DNA from: Verrucomicrobiota bacterium
Lineage (GTDB): Bacteria > Verrucomicrobiota > Verrucomicrobiia > Limisphaerales > UBA11358
Assembly: GCA_028873125.1 (NCBI GenBank)
Contig: JAGWMQ010000003.1
Location: 15,295-79,294, forward strand
Length of the DNA: 64,000 nt
Reading direction: 5' to 3'
The notes beneath the pieces are model-generated. The model ran no database searches and was not told where the DNA came from. It saw only the letters and a list, made by a program, of their open reading frames with translations. The stretch's first letter is position 1; each line of letters starts with the position of its first letter. Positions 1 through 8,788 of this stretch are shown here, in pieces. A program made the position numbers and the translations under genes.

Positions 1-54
1 CAGCCGGCGCGCCGTCGGTTGCGGGGTTTTGCCGAGGCGAAACGGCGGGAGCGA

Positions 55-417
55 TCACCGGCCCACGAGGCGCCTGGCCCGGCCGTGGGAGCCGAGATTG
101 AGCACGTAGGAATAGCCCAGGGCTTTGAGCATCCGCTGGGCAAGCTCGCTGCGCGCCCCGCTCCGGCAGTGCAGGAGCAGGACTTGATTTTTATCGGACA
201 CGCGGCGCGGGAGGCTGCTGCGCAGTTCGTCCAGCGGAATGTTGACGGCATTGGGGAGGTGGCCGGCCTCGAATTCCTCCGCGCTGCGCACGTCCACCAC
301 CAGCGCCCCCTGTTTCAGATGGGTCCGGGCTGTTTGCGCCGAGACCAGTCCCAGACGCTGGAACGCCAGCACGGCCACCGCCATCAGTCCGACAATCAGG
401 GTGAAATGCCAGTCCAT
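55..417 (-). CDS. Membrane-anchored rhodanese-domain sulfurtransferase
   Basis: Internal ATG of ORF 55..648. N-terminal TM helix MDWHFTLIVGLMAVAVLAF. Rhodanese signature: VVDVRSAEEFEAGHLPNAVNIPL and the active-site loop LLLHCRSGARS. Confidence 0.8.
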   Translation of the reverse strand: MDWHFTLIVGLMAVAVLAFQRLGLVSAQTARTHLKQGALVVDVRSAEEFEAGHLPNAVNIPLDELRSSLPRRVSDKNQVLLLHCRSGARSELAQRMLKALGYSYVLNLGSHGRARRLVGR

Positions 418-421
418 GGTG

Positions 422-679
422 TCATTGCCGGTTCGCCGCTCCACCGCGCGTCTCCCTCCATCGTTTGCGCAGGGTCTCGTGAAGCCGTTCGCGGAACGGC
501 GCCGGCAATTCATAGGGCCGGCCGGCCTTGTAGAGCGTGATGGTCTTGCGGACATTGTCCACGACCACCTGGCAGGGATTGCAGCCGGCCATGTGCTGCT
601 CGAATTCCTTGCAGAGGGCCGGATCCACCGTGCCATCCACGTATTCATTCAGCATGGCCAGCAGTTCTTCGCACTTCAT
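422..679 (-). CDS. Zinc-binding (ZAS, zf-HC2) anti-sigma factor
   Basis: 85 aa with an HxxxCxxC motif (EQHMAGCNPCQ). Lies directly downstream of the ECF sigma gene. Confidence 0.75.
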   Translation of the reverse strand: MKCEELLAMLNEYVDGTVDPALCKEFEQHMAGCNPCQVVVDNVRKTITLYKAGRPYELPAPFRERLHETLRKRWRETRGGAANRQ

Positions 680-745
680 GGCGTGTATTCCCGGTTTTCT
701 TGAGTCGCCGCAGGAAGAAAAGTTACAGGCATTTTGACTGGAGGC

Positions 746-1396
746 TCAATGGACATGGTCATGGTCTCGGGTCAATCGCGTGTCCGGGTCGCCCAGCGCG
801 CGCGTCAGTTGTTCGCGCAGTTGCAGGCGCGCGCGCAAGAGGCGCACCTTGGTGTTGGCCTCGGTCAACCCCAGGGCCTCGGCGGTTTCCTTCACGGACA
901 ATCCCTCGACGTCGCGCAGCAGGAACACCAGCCGGTGTTTTTCGTCCAACCGGGCCAGCGCCCCGTCCAGCAGCCGTTGGATTTCACGGCTCTGCACTAG
1001 TTGCTCGGGCGATTGCCGCCAATCCGCGATGAATTCCGGGTGCGGAATGGAACTTCCCGGGTCCGTGCCTTCGGTGGCTGCCTCCAGCGAAACGGTCTTC
1101 AGCCCCTTGCGTTTGCGGATGACCTTGAGCGCGGCGTGGGTGGCGATGCGAAACAGCCACGTGGCGAAACTGGCTTGGCCGCGGAAGCCGTCCAGATTCT
1201 CCACGGCGCTGAGAAAAGTCTGCTGCGTGACGTCCTCGGCGTCCTGCTCCTGACGCAAGATGCGCAGTGCCAGGGAATACACGCGCCGTTCGTAGCGGGC
1301 GGCCAGCACCTCAAAGGCGTCCAGCTCTCCGGCCTGGGCGCGGCGCACCAGCTCCGAATCCGACGGTTCCATGCTTGTTGCAGTCGCTGTGTTCAA
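746..1396 (-). CDS. ECF (sigma-70 family) RNA polymerase sigma factor
   Basis: Region 2 and region 4 motifs: FEVLAARYERRVYSLALRIL, DAEDVTQQTF, ATWLFRIATHAAL, RLVFLLRDVEGLSVKETAEALG. Confidence 0.9.
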   Translation of the reverse strand: MNTATATSMEPSDSELVRRAQAGELDAFEVLAARYERRVYSLALRILRQEQDAEDVTQQTFLSAVENLDGFRGQASFATWLFRIATHAALKVIRKRKGLKTVSLEAATEGTDPGSSIPHPEFIADWRQSPEQLVQSREIQRLLDGALARLDEKHRLVFLLRDVEGLSVKETAEALGLTEANTKVRLLRARLQLREQLTRALGDPDTRLTRDHDHVH

Positions 1397-1474
1397 CGGC
1401 TTCGAAATGTCTTTGAAAACCTTTCCGTTCTGTCCGCGGGCGGACGGCTTTTCTCCGCGTCCGGGCGGCAGGAG

Positions 1475-2344
1475 CTATTCCACAAATTCCAGTTCCTGCC
1501 GGCGCGGAATCAGGCCGCGCTCGAAGGCCTGGCCCAGAAAGCGCCGGATCGCCTCGCGCCCGCGCGCGCCGTAATCGAGCGTCCAATGGTTGACATACAT
1601 GCCGACGAACCGGTCGGCCAGGTCGCGCCCCATGTCGCGGGCGAATTGCAGCGCGTGTTGCACCGCCTCGGCGCGGTGGTCCAGGCTGAATTGGATGCTT
1701 GCCTTGAGAATCCCGGAAAGGGTCCGGCGAACCTCCGGCGGAAATTTCTTGTGGATGACGTTCCCGCCCAGCGGCAGCGGCAGGCCGTCGTTGTGCCGCC
1801 CCCACCAGGCGCCCAGGTCTTCGCAAACCACCAGGCCTTCCTTCTGGTACGTCAACTGGCCTTCGTGAATGATCAACCCGATCTCGGCCTGGCCGCTGTT
1901 CACGGCCGAGAAAATCCGGTCAAACGGCACGACCCCGTAATCGAATTCTTCGGCGCTCCGGCCCAGCCAGAGTTGCAGCGCCAGAAACGCGCTGGTCATG
2001 GCGCCGGGCACGGCGATCTTTTTGTTGGCGATCTGTTCGCGCGAAAATTTTTGTTTTGCCACCAGCAGCGGGCCGTAGCCGTCGCCCAGGCTGGCGCCAC
2101 AGGGCAGGAGCGCGTAGCGGTCGCTGACGTAGGCGTAGGCGTGGAGGCTGATGGCGGTGATGTCGAGTTCGCCGCGCGTGGCGCGCTCGTTGAGGGTCTG
2201 GATGTCCTGCAAGACGTGCTGGAAACGAAAGCCGCCGGTCGGGATCAAATCCTTGGCCAATGCGTAAAACATGAAGGCATCATCCGGGTCGGGCGAATGG
2301 CCCAGCGTCAACGTCGTTTGCTGCATCGGCTGACCGTAACTCAA
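1475..2344 (-). CDS. Menaquinone (futalosine pathway) MqnA/MqnD-family protein
   Basis: N-terminal LTLGHSPDPDDAFMFYAL is typical of the MqnA/MqnD periplasmic-binding-like fold. I cannot say which of the two enzymes it is. Confidence 0.55.
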   Translation of the reverse strand: MSYGQPMQQTTLTLGHSPDPDDAFMFYALAKDLIPTGGFRFQHVLQDIQTLNERATRGELDITAISLHAYAYVSDRYALLPCGASLGDGYGPLLVAKQKFSREQIANKKIAVPGAMTSAFLALQLWLGRSAEEFDYGVVPFDRIFSAVNSGQAEIGLIIHEGQLTYQKEGLVVCEDLGAWWGRHNDGLPLPLGGNVIHKKFPPEVRRTLSGILKASIQFSLDHRAEAVQHALQFARDMGRDLADRFVGMYVNHWTLDYGARGREAIRRFLGQAFERGLIPRRQELEFVE

Positions 2345-2494
2345 ACCAGGCGGGCTGTCACGACTGGAAAATCTGCCGGAAGCGCCGGAGACAATCTGCG
2401 CCTGCGAACGAGCACTTTGTCCTTCGCCCGGCCTGGCGACCGGTTCGAAATTTGTCTCCTACTCCGGCCGGCAAACCTCTAAACTGCGGTCGTT

Positions 2495-2929
2495 ATGGAT
2501 TGGCTGGCCCATTTCATCTGGCAGGACGTCATCTGGCACGACGGCAAGTTCCTTGGCATCGAGTGGAGCGTCTGGAAGGTGATCGGTTGGATGGGCAACG
2601 CCGTGTTCTCCTCGCGCTTCCTCGTCCAGTGGTATGCCACCGAAAAGCACCGGCGCGTGGTCATCCCGGTGGTCTTCTGGTGGTTGAGCCTAGGCGGCTC
2701 GCTGCTGCTGCTGGTTTACGCCCTGCGCCAGACCGACTCGGTTTTCATCTACGCCTATCTGTTTCCGTGGATACCCTACACGCGCAACCTGATTATTCAC
2801 TACCGCCACAAGAACGCGCACAGCGAATGCCCCGGCTGCGGCCACCTCTGTCCGCCCCGCTCGAATTTCTGCCCCAATTGCGGCACGCGCCTGGCGGCGG
2901 CGGCGGTGGTTGAACCGGCGGAGCGGTGA
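2495..2929 (+). CDS. Lipid-A-biosynthesis N-terminal (LAB_N) domain membrane protein with C-terminal zinc ribbon
   Basis: GWMGNAVFSSRFLVQWYATEK and WWLSLGGSLLLLVYAL membrane repeats. C-terminal CPGCG...CPNCG. Confidence 0.6.
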   Translation: MDWLAHFIWQDVIWHDGKFLGIEWSVWKVIGWMGNAVFSSRFLVQWYATEKHRRVVIPVVFWWLSLGGSLLLLVYALRQTDSVFIYAYLFPWIPYTRNLIIHYRHKNAHSECPGCGHLCPPRSNFCPNCGTRLAAAAVVEPAER

Positions 2930-2991
2930 GTCGTCCGGACCGGCTTCGATTCCACGGTTGAACGCCGCGCGCCCTCTGCTATTGTGCCGTC

Positions 2992-3681
2992 ATGTTCAAA
3001 CCGGCCGACTTGTTCGATTTGGCGCAGACCGGGCACGCCGCGCTCTTTGACGGCGCGGAGTTTGCCTGGGAGGCGTTGAAAAAAATCGAGGGCTACCTGG
3101 CCGCGAACCTGAAGCCGGCGCTGCACAACACCTGCCAAGGCGTCGCCTTCATCGGCGAGCAGGTCTTCATCGGCCAAGGGACGGTGGTGGAGGATGGCGT
3201 GATGATCAAAGGGCCGGCCTTCATCGGCAAGAACTGCAAAATCCGCCACAACGCCTACCTCCGCGAAAACGTCATCATCGGCGACGGCTGCGTGGTGGGC
3301 AACTCCACCGAAATCAAGAACTCGCTGCTGTCCAACGGCGCGCAGGCGTCGCACTTCAATTACGTCGGCGACTCCATCCTCGGCCACAAGGCGCACCTCG
3401 GGGCGGGCGTGAAGATCTCCAACTTCAAACTGTTCCCGGGCAACATCACCGTGGAAAGGGACGGCGCGCCATTTGACACCGGCCTGCGCAAGTTCGGCGC
3501 GCTGCTGGGCGACGGCGCGGAAGTCGGGTGCAACGCCGTGCTCAATCCGGGCAGCGTCCTAGGCCGCGGCGCGGTGATTTACCCGAACGTCTTCTGGCGC
3601 GGCATCCTGCCCGCGAACATGATCGCCAAAAACAAGGCCGGAATCGAAGTCGCCGTCAAACGGCCGAGGGAGGCGAATTAG
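2992..3681 (+). CDS. Left-handed beta-helix (hexapeptide repeat) acyltransferase, GlmU C-terminal-like
   Basis: Successive hexapeptide turns: IGQGTVVEDGVMI, IGKNCKIRHNAYL, IGDGCVVGNSTEI, LGHKAHLGAGVKI. Confidence 0.6.
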   Translation: MFKPADLFDLAQTGHAALFDGAEFAWEALKKIEGYLAANLKPALHNTCQGVAFIGEQVFIGQGTVVEDGVMIKGPAFIGKNCKIRHNAYLRENVIIGDGCVVGNSTEIKNSLLSNGAQASHFNYVGDSILGHKAHLGAGVKISNFKLFPGNITVERDGAPFDTGLRKFGALLGDGAEVGCNAVLNPGSVLGRGAVIYPNVFWRGILPANMIAKNKAGIEVAVKRPREAN

Positions 3682-3862
3682 TCGTGAGTGCAACGGTAAA
3701 ACCCCTTTACCCCGGTTTGTATGGTTTCCACGCGCATTTTTTCAGCGCTTCCTCCGGCTTCAATTCAATCCATTCTCAATTTCCGCGACAACGAAACCGC
3801 GTCAGTTGCGGCTGCGTCAGTCGCGGCTTGGCAAATTGCCGCGCCTGTGTTACAGTCCGCGT

Positions 3863-4093
3863 ATGACAGAGACGCTCACCATTCGATTGCCGAAATCGCT
3901 CGCGCGCGAGTTTCGCGCCAAGACGCGCGCCGCCAAGACCAATCCCACCGAGGTCTTGCGCCGGGCGGCGGCCAATTACGTCCGCGATGACCAGACGGCG
4001 CGCAACGCCATCGTGGAACACATCCGCGCCCGCGCCGGCACCTGGGATGGCGATATTTCCGGCGAAGAATTGCTGCGGAGGACCCGCCCGTGA
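3863..4093 (+). CDS. Type II antitoxin, ribbon-helix-helix (VapB-like)
   Basis: Internal ATG. MTETLTIRLPKSLAREFRAK is an RHH-like N-terminus. Has a 4-nt overlap with the downstream PIN gene. Confidence 0.7.
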   Translation: MTETLTIRLPKSLAREFRAKTRAAKTNPTEVLRRAAANYVRDDQTARNAIVEHIRARAGTWDGDISGEELLRRTRP

Positions 4094-4479
4094 TTCTGGT
4101 GGACACTTCGGTGGTTGTCGCATGGCTGGACAAAAATCATCCGCAACATCGCGCCTCCGTGGCGGCGATTGAACGTTGGGCGCTGCGCGAACGGCTGGCG
4201 GTGAGTTCAGTGACTTTTGGCGAATTGGCCGCGGGCGGACGCAAGCGCGAAGCGGTCGAGGAAGATTTGCGCGATTTTGAAAAGATCCCGCTGGATACGG
4301 GTGCCGCCTGGCGCGCGGGAATGGCTCTTCGCCAATATCGCCGCAGAGATTCCGATGATCCGGTTCTGCCGGATTTTTTCATCCGCGCCCAAGCCGCGGT
4401 GTTGAGTCTTCCGCACCTGACGAATGACCGACGCCGCATCAAATCCTTTTTGGACGTGGATTTTGAATTCGTGGCTTGA
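4090..4479 (+). CDS. vapC: PIN-domain ribonuclease toxin VapC
   Basis: MILVDTSVVVAWLD carries the first acidic PIN residue. Length is 129 aa. GTG start overlaps the antitoxin stop. Confidence 0.8.
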   Translation: MILVDTSVVVAWLDKNHPQHRASVAAIERWALRERLAVSSVTFGELAAGGRKREAVEEDLRDFEKIPLDTGAAWRAGMALRQYRRRDSDDPVLPDFFIRAQAAVLSLPHLTNDRRRIKSFLDVDFEFVA

Positions 4480-4480
4480 A

Positions 4481-4762
4481 TTATTGCGGCTTTCGTTCGC
4501 TCAAGACTTTCAGGAACGTTTCGTAAACCACGTCGCGGGTGTCGGCGTATTCCAGCCGGATGATTTGGCCGCGATGCTGCGAATAGACGATCCGCAGGCC
4601 GTCAATCCGCAACCGGCAGAAACCCTCCAGTTCGCCACGCAGCGCCTTGATGTCGCCGCGCCCGTTTTGCAATCCGCGCAACGCGGCGCGCACGCGCTTT
4701 TGGGTGTCCGGCGGCAGCGCCACCAGCCAGCGTTGCACCGGGTCAGAGGCCGAAATTTTCAT
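4481..4762 (-). CDS. RelE/ParE-family type II toxin
   Basis: 93 aa with LRGELEGFCRLRIDGLRIVYSQHRGQIIRLEYADTRDVVYE, the typical RelE/ParE C-terminal fold signature. Overlaps the upstream Phd gene by 20 nt. Confidence 0.7.
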   Translation of the reverse strand: MKISASDPVQRWLVALPPDTQKRVRAALRGLQNGRGDIKALRGELEGFCRLRIDGLRIVYSQHRGQIIRLEYADTRDVVYETFLKVLSERKPQ

Positions 4763-4997
4763 CGGCCAAATCCAGTTCGTTGTAAGCCAGTTTGCCCGCT
4801 TTCGCCGCCCGCAACGTTTTCATCGCGGTCGGATCGCTCAACAACTCCATCGTTTCCAACAGCGCGTCGTAATCCTCCAGCGGCATGGCCACATAAACCG
4901 GCTTGTCCCGCCGGGAGATCACGAACCGCCTGCCCGACCGGCACAAACTCGGCAGGTTCGCCTGCGCCTCGGAAATTGTGTATGTAACTTTGTACAT
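4743..4997 (-). CDS. Phd/YefM-family antitoxin
   Basis: Internal ATG at 4997. MYKVTYTISEAQANLPSLC...ISRRDKPVYVAMPLEDYDALLETMELLSD. Confidence 0.75.
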   Translation of the reverse strand: MYKVTYTISEAQANLPSLCRSGRRFVISRRDKPVYVAMPLEDYDALLETMELLSDPTAMKTLRAAKAGKLAYNELDLADENFGL

Positions 4998-5230
4998 CAA
5001 ATTACATATAATGGAAAACTTGAGTCGAGTCAACGAACAACTTGACGCAGACCGGACGCCATTGAATCCAGTGGTTCGTCCGGCTCCAATTCGAATACCC
5101 CGGGTTTTTCGCACGCGAGCGCATGCGCCGTGGATTTCATGCCGGCTTGGCTTGGGTTGAAGGCGCTGAAACGGCGCAATTCCGTTGCAAGCGGATTTAC
5201 TTTTCTTTGCCGGGCTGCTAAAACTGCCCC

Positions 5231-6046
5231 GTGCTCAACGACGCCATCATCTGGAAACGCCTCAATTCGCCGCGCCAATTGTTTCTGATCGCCGGACCGT
5301 GCGCGATTGAAAATGAACAACTCTGCCTGCGCGTCGCCGCCGCGCTGAACAAGGCCTGTGCGCGGCTCGGCATCTTTTACGTCTTCAAGGCCAGCTTCGA
5401 CAAGGCCAACCGCACCTCCGGCAAATCGTTTCGCGGCGTCGGCCTCGAACGCGGGCTGGGAATCCTCGCCAAAGTCCGCGCCGAATTCGGGGTGCCGGTG
5501 CTCACCGACATCCACAACGAGGCGCACGCCGCCGTCGCCGGCGAGGTCGTGGACATCCTGCAAATCCCAGCGTTCCTCTGCCGCCAGACGGATTTGATCG
5601 AGGCCGCCGCCGTGACCGGCCAGATCGTCAACATCAAGAAGGGCCAGTTCCTGTCGCCGGCGGAAATGGGGCGGGTCGTGGAAAAGGCCCGGAGCGCCGG
5701 CGCTGAAAAAATCCTGGTCACCGAGCGCGGCACGACCTTCGGCTACAACAACCTCGTGGCCGACCTGCGCTCCATCCCGATCATGAAGCGGTTCGGTTGC
5801 CCGGTGGTTTTCGACGCGACGCATTCGGTGCAATTGCCGGGCGGCGGCGGCGACAAGTCCTCCGGCCAGTGCGAATTTGCGCCGGTGCTGGCCCGCGCGG
5901 CGCTGGCGGCGGGCGCGAATGGACTGTTCATCGAAACCCATCCGCAGCCCAACAAGGCGTTGAGTGACGGGCCGAACATGGTCCCGCTCGCCGAAATGCC
6001 GGGGTTGTTGAAGGACTTGCTGAAAGTCTTCAACGCGCTGACATGA
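5231..6046 (+). CDS. kdsA: 3-deoxy-8-phosphooctulonate (KDO8P) synthase
   Basis: [51 protein letters not shown]. Confidence 0.95.
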   Translation: MLNDAIIWKRLNSPRQLFLIAGPCAIENEQLCLRVAAALNKACARLGIFYVFKASFDKANRTSGKSFRGVGLERGLGILAKVRAEFGVPVLTDIHNEAHAAVAGEVVDILQIPAFLCRQTDLIEAAAVTGQIVNIKKGQFLSPAEMGRVVEKARSAGAEKILVTERGTTFGYNNLVADLRSIPIMKRFGCPVVFDATHSVQLPGGGGDKSSGQCEFAPVLARAALAAGANGLFIETHPQPNKALSDGPNMVPLAEMPGLLKDLLKVFNALT

Positions 6047-6177
6047 AAAATTCCAAGTTCCAAATTCCAAGTTCCAAAGAAAATTCAAGCTCCAAGCTCC
6101 AAACCTTTGCCGAAGTATTTTCCGAACTTGGAATTTGGAGCTTCTTTGGAGGTTGGAAATTGGAATTTGGAACTTGA
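6047..6177 (+). repeat. ttccaag-periodic long imperfect hairpin, copy 1; fills the kdsA|kdsC intercistronic gap
   Basis: Left arm is aattccaagttccaaattccaagttccaaagaa... Right arm is ...ttctttggaggttggaaattggaatttggaactt. The arms are reverse complements around a loop of about 23 nt. Confidence 0.85.
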
Positions 6178-6183
6178 TTGGTC

Positions 6184-6726
6184 ATGCCCGCGAAAATTTC
6201 GCCGCAACTCCGGGCGCGCCTCGCGCGGGTGAAGCTTTTCCTGTGCGACGTGGATGGCGTGTTGACGGATGGCACAATCTTCATCGGCGGCGCGCGCGAG
6301 TTCAAGCGGTTCAACGTCCACGACGGCCTCGGTCTGGTGCTGCTGCGGCGCGCCGGAATCAAGACCGGCTGGGTCTCCAGCCGCCCCTCGGCGGCCACCG
6401 CCCTGCGCGCGCGCGAACTGAAAATCCATTTTTTGGTCCAACAAAAGGACTCGTCGAGCAAGGCCGCGGCGATTGAAAAAATCCTGGGGCGGGAAACAAT
6501 AGAGTGGCAGGAGGTCTGTTTCGTCGGCGACGACGTGGTGGACGTGGGGCCGCTGAAACGCGCGGGCGTGGCGGTCGCGGTCGCCAACGCGGTTGCCGAG
6601 GCGAAGGCGGCGGCGCACTGGGTCACCCGCGCGGCGGGCGGTCACGGCGCGGTGCGCGAGGTGGCCGAACTGATTTTGAAGGCGCAGGGAAAATGGCGGG
6701 CGCTCATCGCGCATCACCGAAAGTGA
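6184..6726 (+). CDS. kdsC: KDO 8-phosphate phosphatase (HAD-IIIA)
   Basis: LFLCDVDGVLTDG and CFVGDDVVDVGPLKRAGVAVAVANA. An alternative TTG start lies at 6178. Confidence 0.9.
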   Translation: MPAKISPQLRARLARVKLFLCDVDGVLTDGTIFIGGAREFKRFNVHDGLGLVLLRRAGIKTGWVSSRPSAATALRARELKIHFLVQQKDSSSKAAAIEKILGRETIEWQEVCFVGDDVVDVGPLKRAGVAVAVANAVAEAKAAAHWVTRAAGGHGAVREVAELILKAQGKWRALIAHHRK

Positions 6727-6729
6727 CAG

Positions 6730-7230
6730 GTGACAGGCGACGCAAAAAGAACAAAAGCGCGGCGCGTGACAATTTCCCTCACGCGCCACGTGTTCATCGT
6801 CACCGGGCTGTTCATTGCCGGCGTCATTTCATTTTTTGCCTTCGCCACCGGCGTTTACGCGCAGCCCGACACCGCCGGCCGCGCCACCGGCTTTTCCTCG
6901 GTCGAATACTACGACCCGCCGCACCAGCAGCAGGTCAAGTCGCGGCTGTCCGGCGCCGAGGCGCAGCCGCAGCCGGGCGGATTGCTCCTGATTAAACACC
7001 TCAAACTCGAAACGTTTGGCGTGGACGGCAAACCGGAAATCGTCGTGAACGCCCCGGAATGCCTCTACGACACGGTCAACGGCGTGGCCCGTTCGCCGGG
7101 GCGGTTGCAAGCGCGGACGGGTGAGGGCAAGGTCCGCATCGCCGGCGAAGGTTTTTTGTGGCGGCAGAACGACTCGTCCCTCACCATCTCCAACCACGTG
7201 CAAACGGTGATTGAACAGCCGATGAAATGA
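6730..7230 (+). CDS. lptC: LPS export system protein LptC-like
   Basis: Single N-terminal TM helix followed by a beta-jellyroll-like periplasmic region. Synteny is kdsC-lptC-lptA-lptB. GTG start. Confidence 0.6.
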   Translation: MTGDAKRTKARRVTISLTRHVFIVTGLFIAGVISFFAFATGVYAQPDTAGRATGFSSVEYYDPPHQQQVKSRLSGAEAQPQPGGLLLIKHLKLETFGVDGKPEIVVNAPECLYDTVNGVARSPGRLQARTGEGKVRIAGEGFLWRQNDSSLTISNHVQTVIEQPMK

Positions 7231-7946
7231 AAAGCCGGATTGCGAGAATCTTTTGCCTGATCCTGCTGGCGGCCCTGGCGGACAACTGGACGCTGCGCGC
7301 GCAAACGAACGCCGGCGCCCCGGCGGTGAGCGCCACCAATGCCGCGGCGGACACCACGAACGCCATCAAGACCGCCACGCCGCCGAGCACACCGGCGATG
7401 GCCGGCACGAACGCGCCCGTCCCGGCCAAGCCGCCTCTGAAAACGGTAATTACGGCGGATGGCCCTTTCTTTTTTGATTTCGCCCATCATACCGTGCTTT
7501 ACCGCGAGCACGTGCTCGTGGACGCCCCGGACCTCAAGTTGCGCTGCGAATGGCTCTTCGCCACTCTACAGCAGCCCAACGACCAGCCGACCAACATCCT
7601 CGCCGAGACCAACGTGGTGATTGACGCAACCGATGACAAAGGTCAAAAGATGCACGCGACGGCCGACAAGGCGGTTTATGTTTACGCGGTGCAAAACGGC
7701 GTGACGAACAAAACGGTCACGCTCACGGGCCATGCGACGGCTGAAAACTCGCAAATCACGCTGACCGGAGAAACCATCGTTTGGGACGGCGCGAGCAATA
7801 CGTTGAGCGTGCCATCCCAACCCAAAGTGGTTTATCGCGAGAATTTGAACGGCGCGGTGCTGCCGGCCCATTCGCCGGGCGCAGAAACCAATCCGGCGTC
7901 CTCCGGCACAAATGGTTTGTCCGCGCCGAGGACGAACGACGAGTGA
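7227..7946 (+). CDS. lptA: LPS transport periplasmic protein LptA (OstA family)
   Basis: Signal peptide MKSRIARIFCLILLAALA. OstA-like repeats: ITADGPFFFD..., HATADKAVYVY..., VTLTGHATAEN. Supported by synteny. Confidence 0.7.
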   Translation: MKSRIARIFCLILLAALADNWTLRAQTNAGAPAVSATNAAADTTNAIKTATPPSTPAMAGTNAPVPAKPPLKTVITADGPFFFDFAHHTVLYREHVLVDAPDLKLRCEWLFATLQQPNDQPTNILAETNVVIDATDDKGQKMHATADKAVYVYAVQNGVTNKTVTLTGHATAENSQITLTGETIVWDGASNTLSVPSQPKVVYRENLNGAVLPAHSPGAETNPASSGTNGLSAPRTNDE

Positions 7947-7952
7947 TTCCAA

Positions 7953-8702
7953 ATGGAAGCCTCCAAGCCACAATCCAACGGACGGCTCCTCGCCACTGAA
8001 AAGTTGGCCAAGGCCTATCGCGGGCGGCGCGTGGTGGACGGCGTTTCGGTGGGCGTCGGCGCCGGCGAAATCGTGGGGTTGCTCGGCCCGAACGGCGCGG
8101 GCAAGACGACGACCTTCAACATGATCGTCGGCGTGGTCAAGCCGGACGAGGGCGCGGTGCTGTTTCAGGACCGCAACATCGCCGCGCTGCCGATGCACCG
8201 GCGCGCGCGACTGGGCATTGGTTACCTGACGCAGGAGCCGTCGGTCTTCCGCAAATTGACCGTGGCCGAAAACATCCTGGCCATCCTGGAGACGTGCAAG
8301 CTGTCGCGCGACGAGCGGGCGGCGCGGCTGAAGTATCTGCTGGAGGAACTGGATTTGACGCCGATTGCCGGGACCAAGGCCTATCAGATCAGCGGCGGCG
8401 AAAAGCGGCGGCTGGAAATCACCCGCGCGCTGGTGACCAGCCCCAGGCTGATGCTGCTGGACGAGCCGTTCAGCGGCATTGACCCGATCGCGGTCTATGA
8501 AGTGCAGAAGATCATCCGGCGGCTGAAGGGGCGCGGGCTGGGCATCCTGATCACCGACCACAATGTGCGGGAGACCTTGAAGTTGATTGATCGCGGCTAC
8601 ATCATTCACAAGGGCCGCGTGCTGGTGGAGGGCTCGTCGGAATTCCTGGCCAACGACCCCAAGGCGCGCGAAATTTACCTGGGACCGGAGTTTAACTTGT
8701 AA
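7953..8702 (+). CDS. lptB: LPS export ABC transporter ATP-binding protein
   Basis: Walker A GPNGAGKTT, signature ISGGEKRRLEI, Walker B LMLLDEP, and the LptB-type C-terminus EIYLG. Confidence 0.95.
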   Translation: MEASKPQSNGRLLATEKLAKAYRGRRVVDGVSVGVGAGEIVGLLGPNGAGKTTTFNMIVGVVKPDEGAVLFQDRNIAALPMHRRARLGIGYLTQEPSVFRKLTVAENILAILETCKLSRDERAARLKYLLEELDLTPIAGTKAYQISGGEKRRLEITRALVTSPRLMLLDEPFSGIDPIAVYEVQKIIRRLKGRGLGILITDHNVRETLKLIDRGYIIHKGRVLVEGSSEFLANDPKAREIYLGPEFNL

Positions 8703-8788
8703 TTTCGTTGGAGGGTGGAACGGTTGAAGCGTTAAGGCCAGGTGATTCGCTTCGACGTTTTTACGCTTCAACGCGGCGACGAAAAAAT

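Noticed and set aside
1001-2482. A long 493-aa ORF on the plus strand, and many similar 300-850-aa ORFs: 5030-6088(-), 7566-8801(-), 8768-9778(-), 10671-12152(-), 19655-22210(-), 22671-24230(+), 26496-27791(-), 33464-35176(+), 43768-45672(+), 45347-47818(+), 53191-55299(+).
   Set aside because: Each lies antisense to, or out of frame with, a gene that has clear family motifs. Their translations are Arg/Gly/Ala/Pro-rich with no recognisable domains. This is the typical shadow-ORF artefact of a high-GC genome.
6047-6177. Whether the periodic ttccaag repeats (also 45589-45716) could be a CRISPR array or a coding SKFQ/PSSK peptide repeat.
   Set aside because: There are no unique spacers of regular length between the repeats. 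The units are 6-7 nt and form one large hairpin. The ORFs across them (for example 6135-6476 and 45561-46043) lack any other coding signature.
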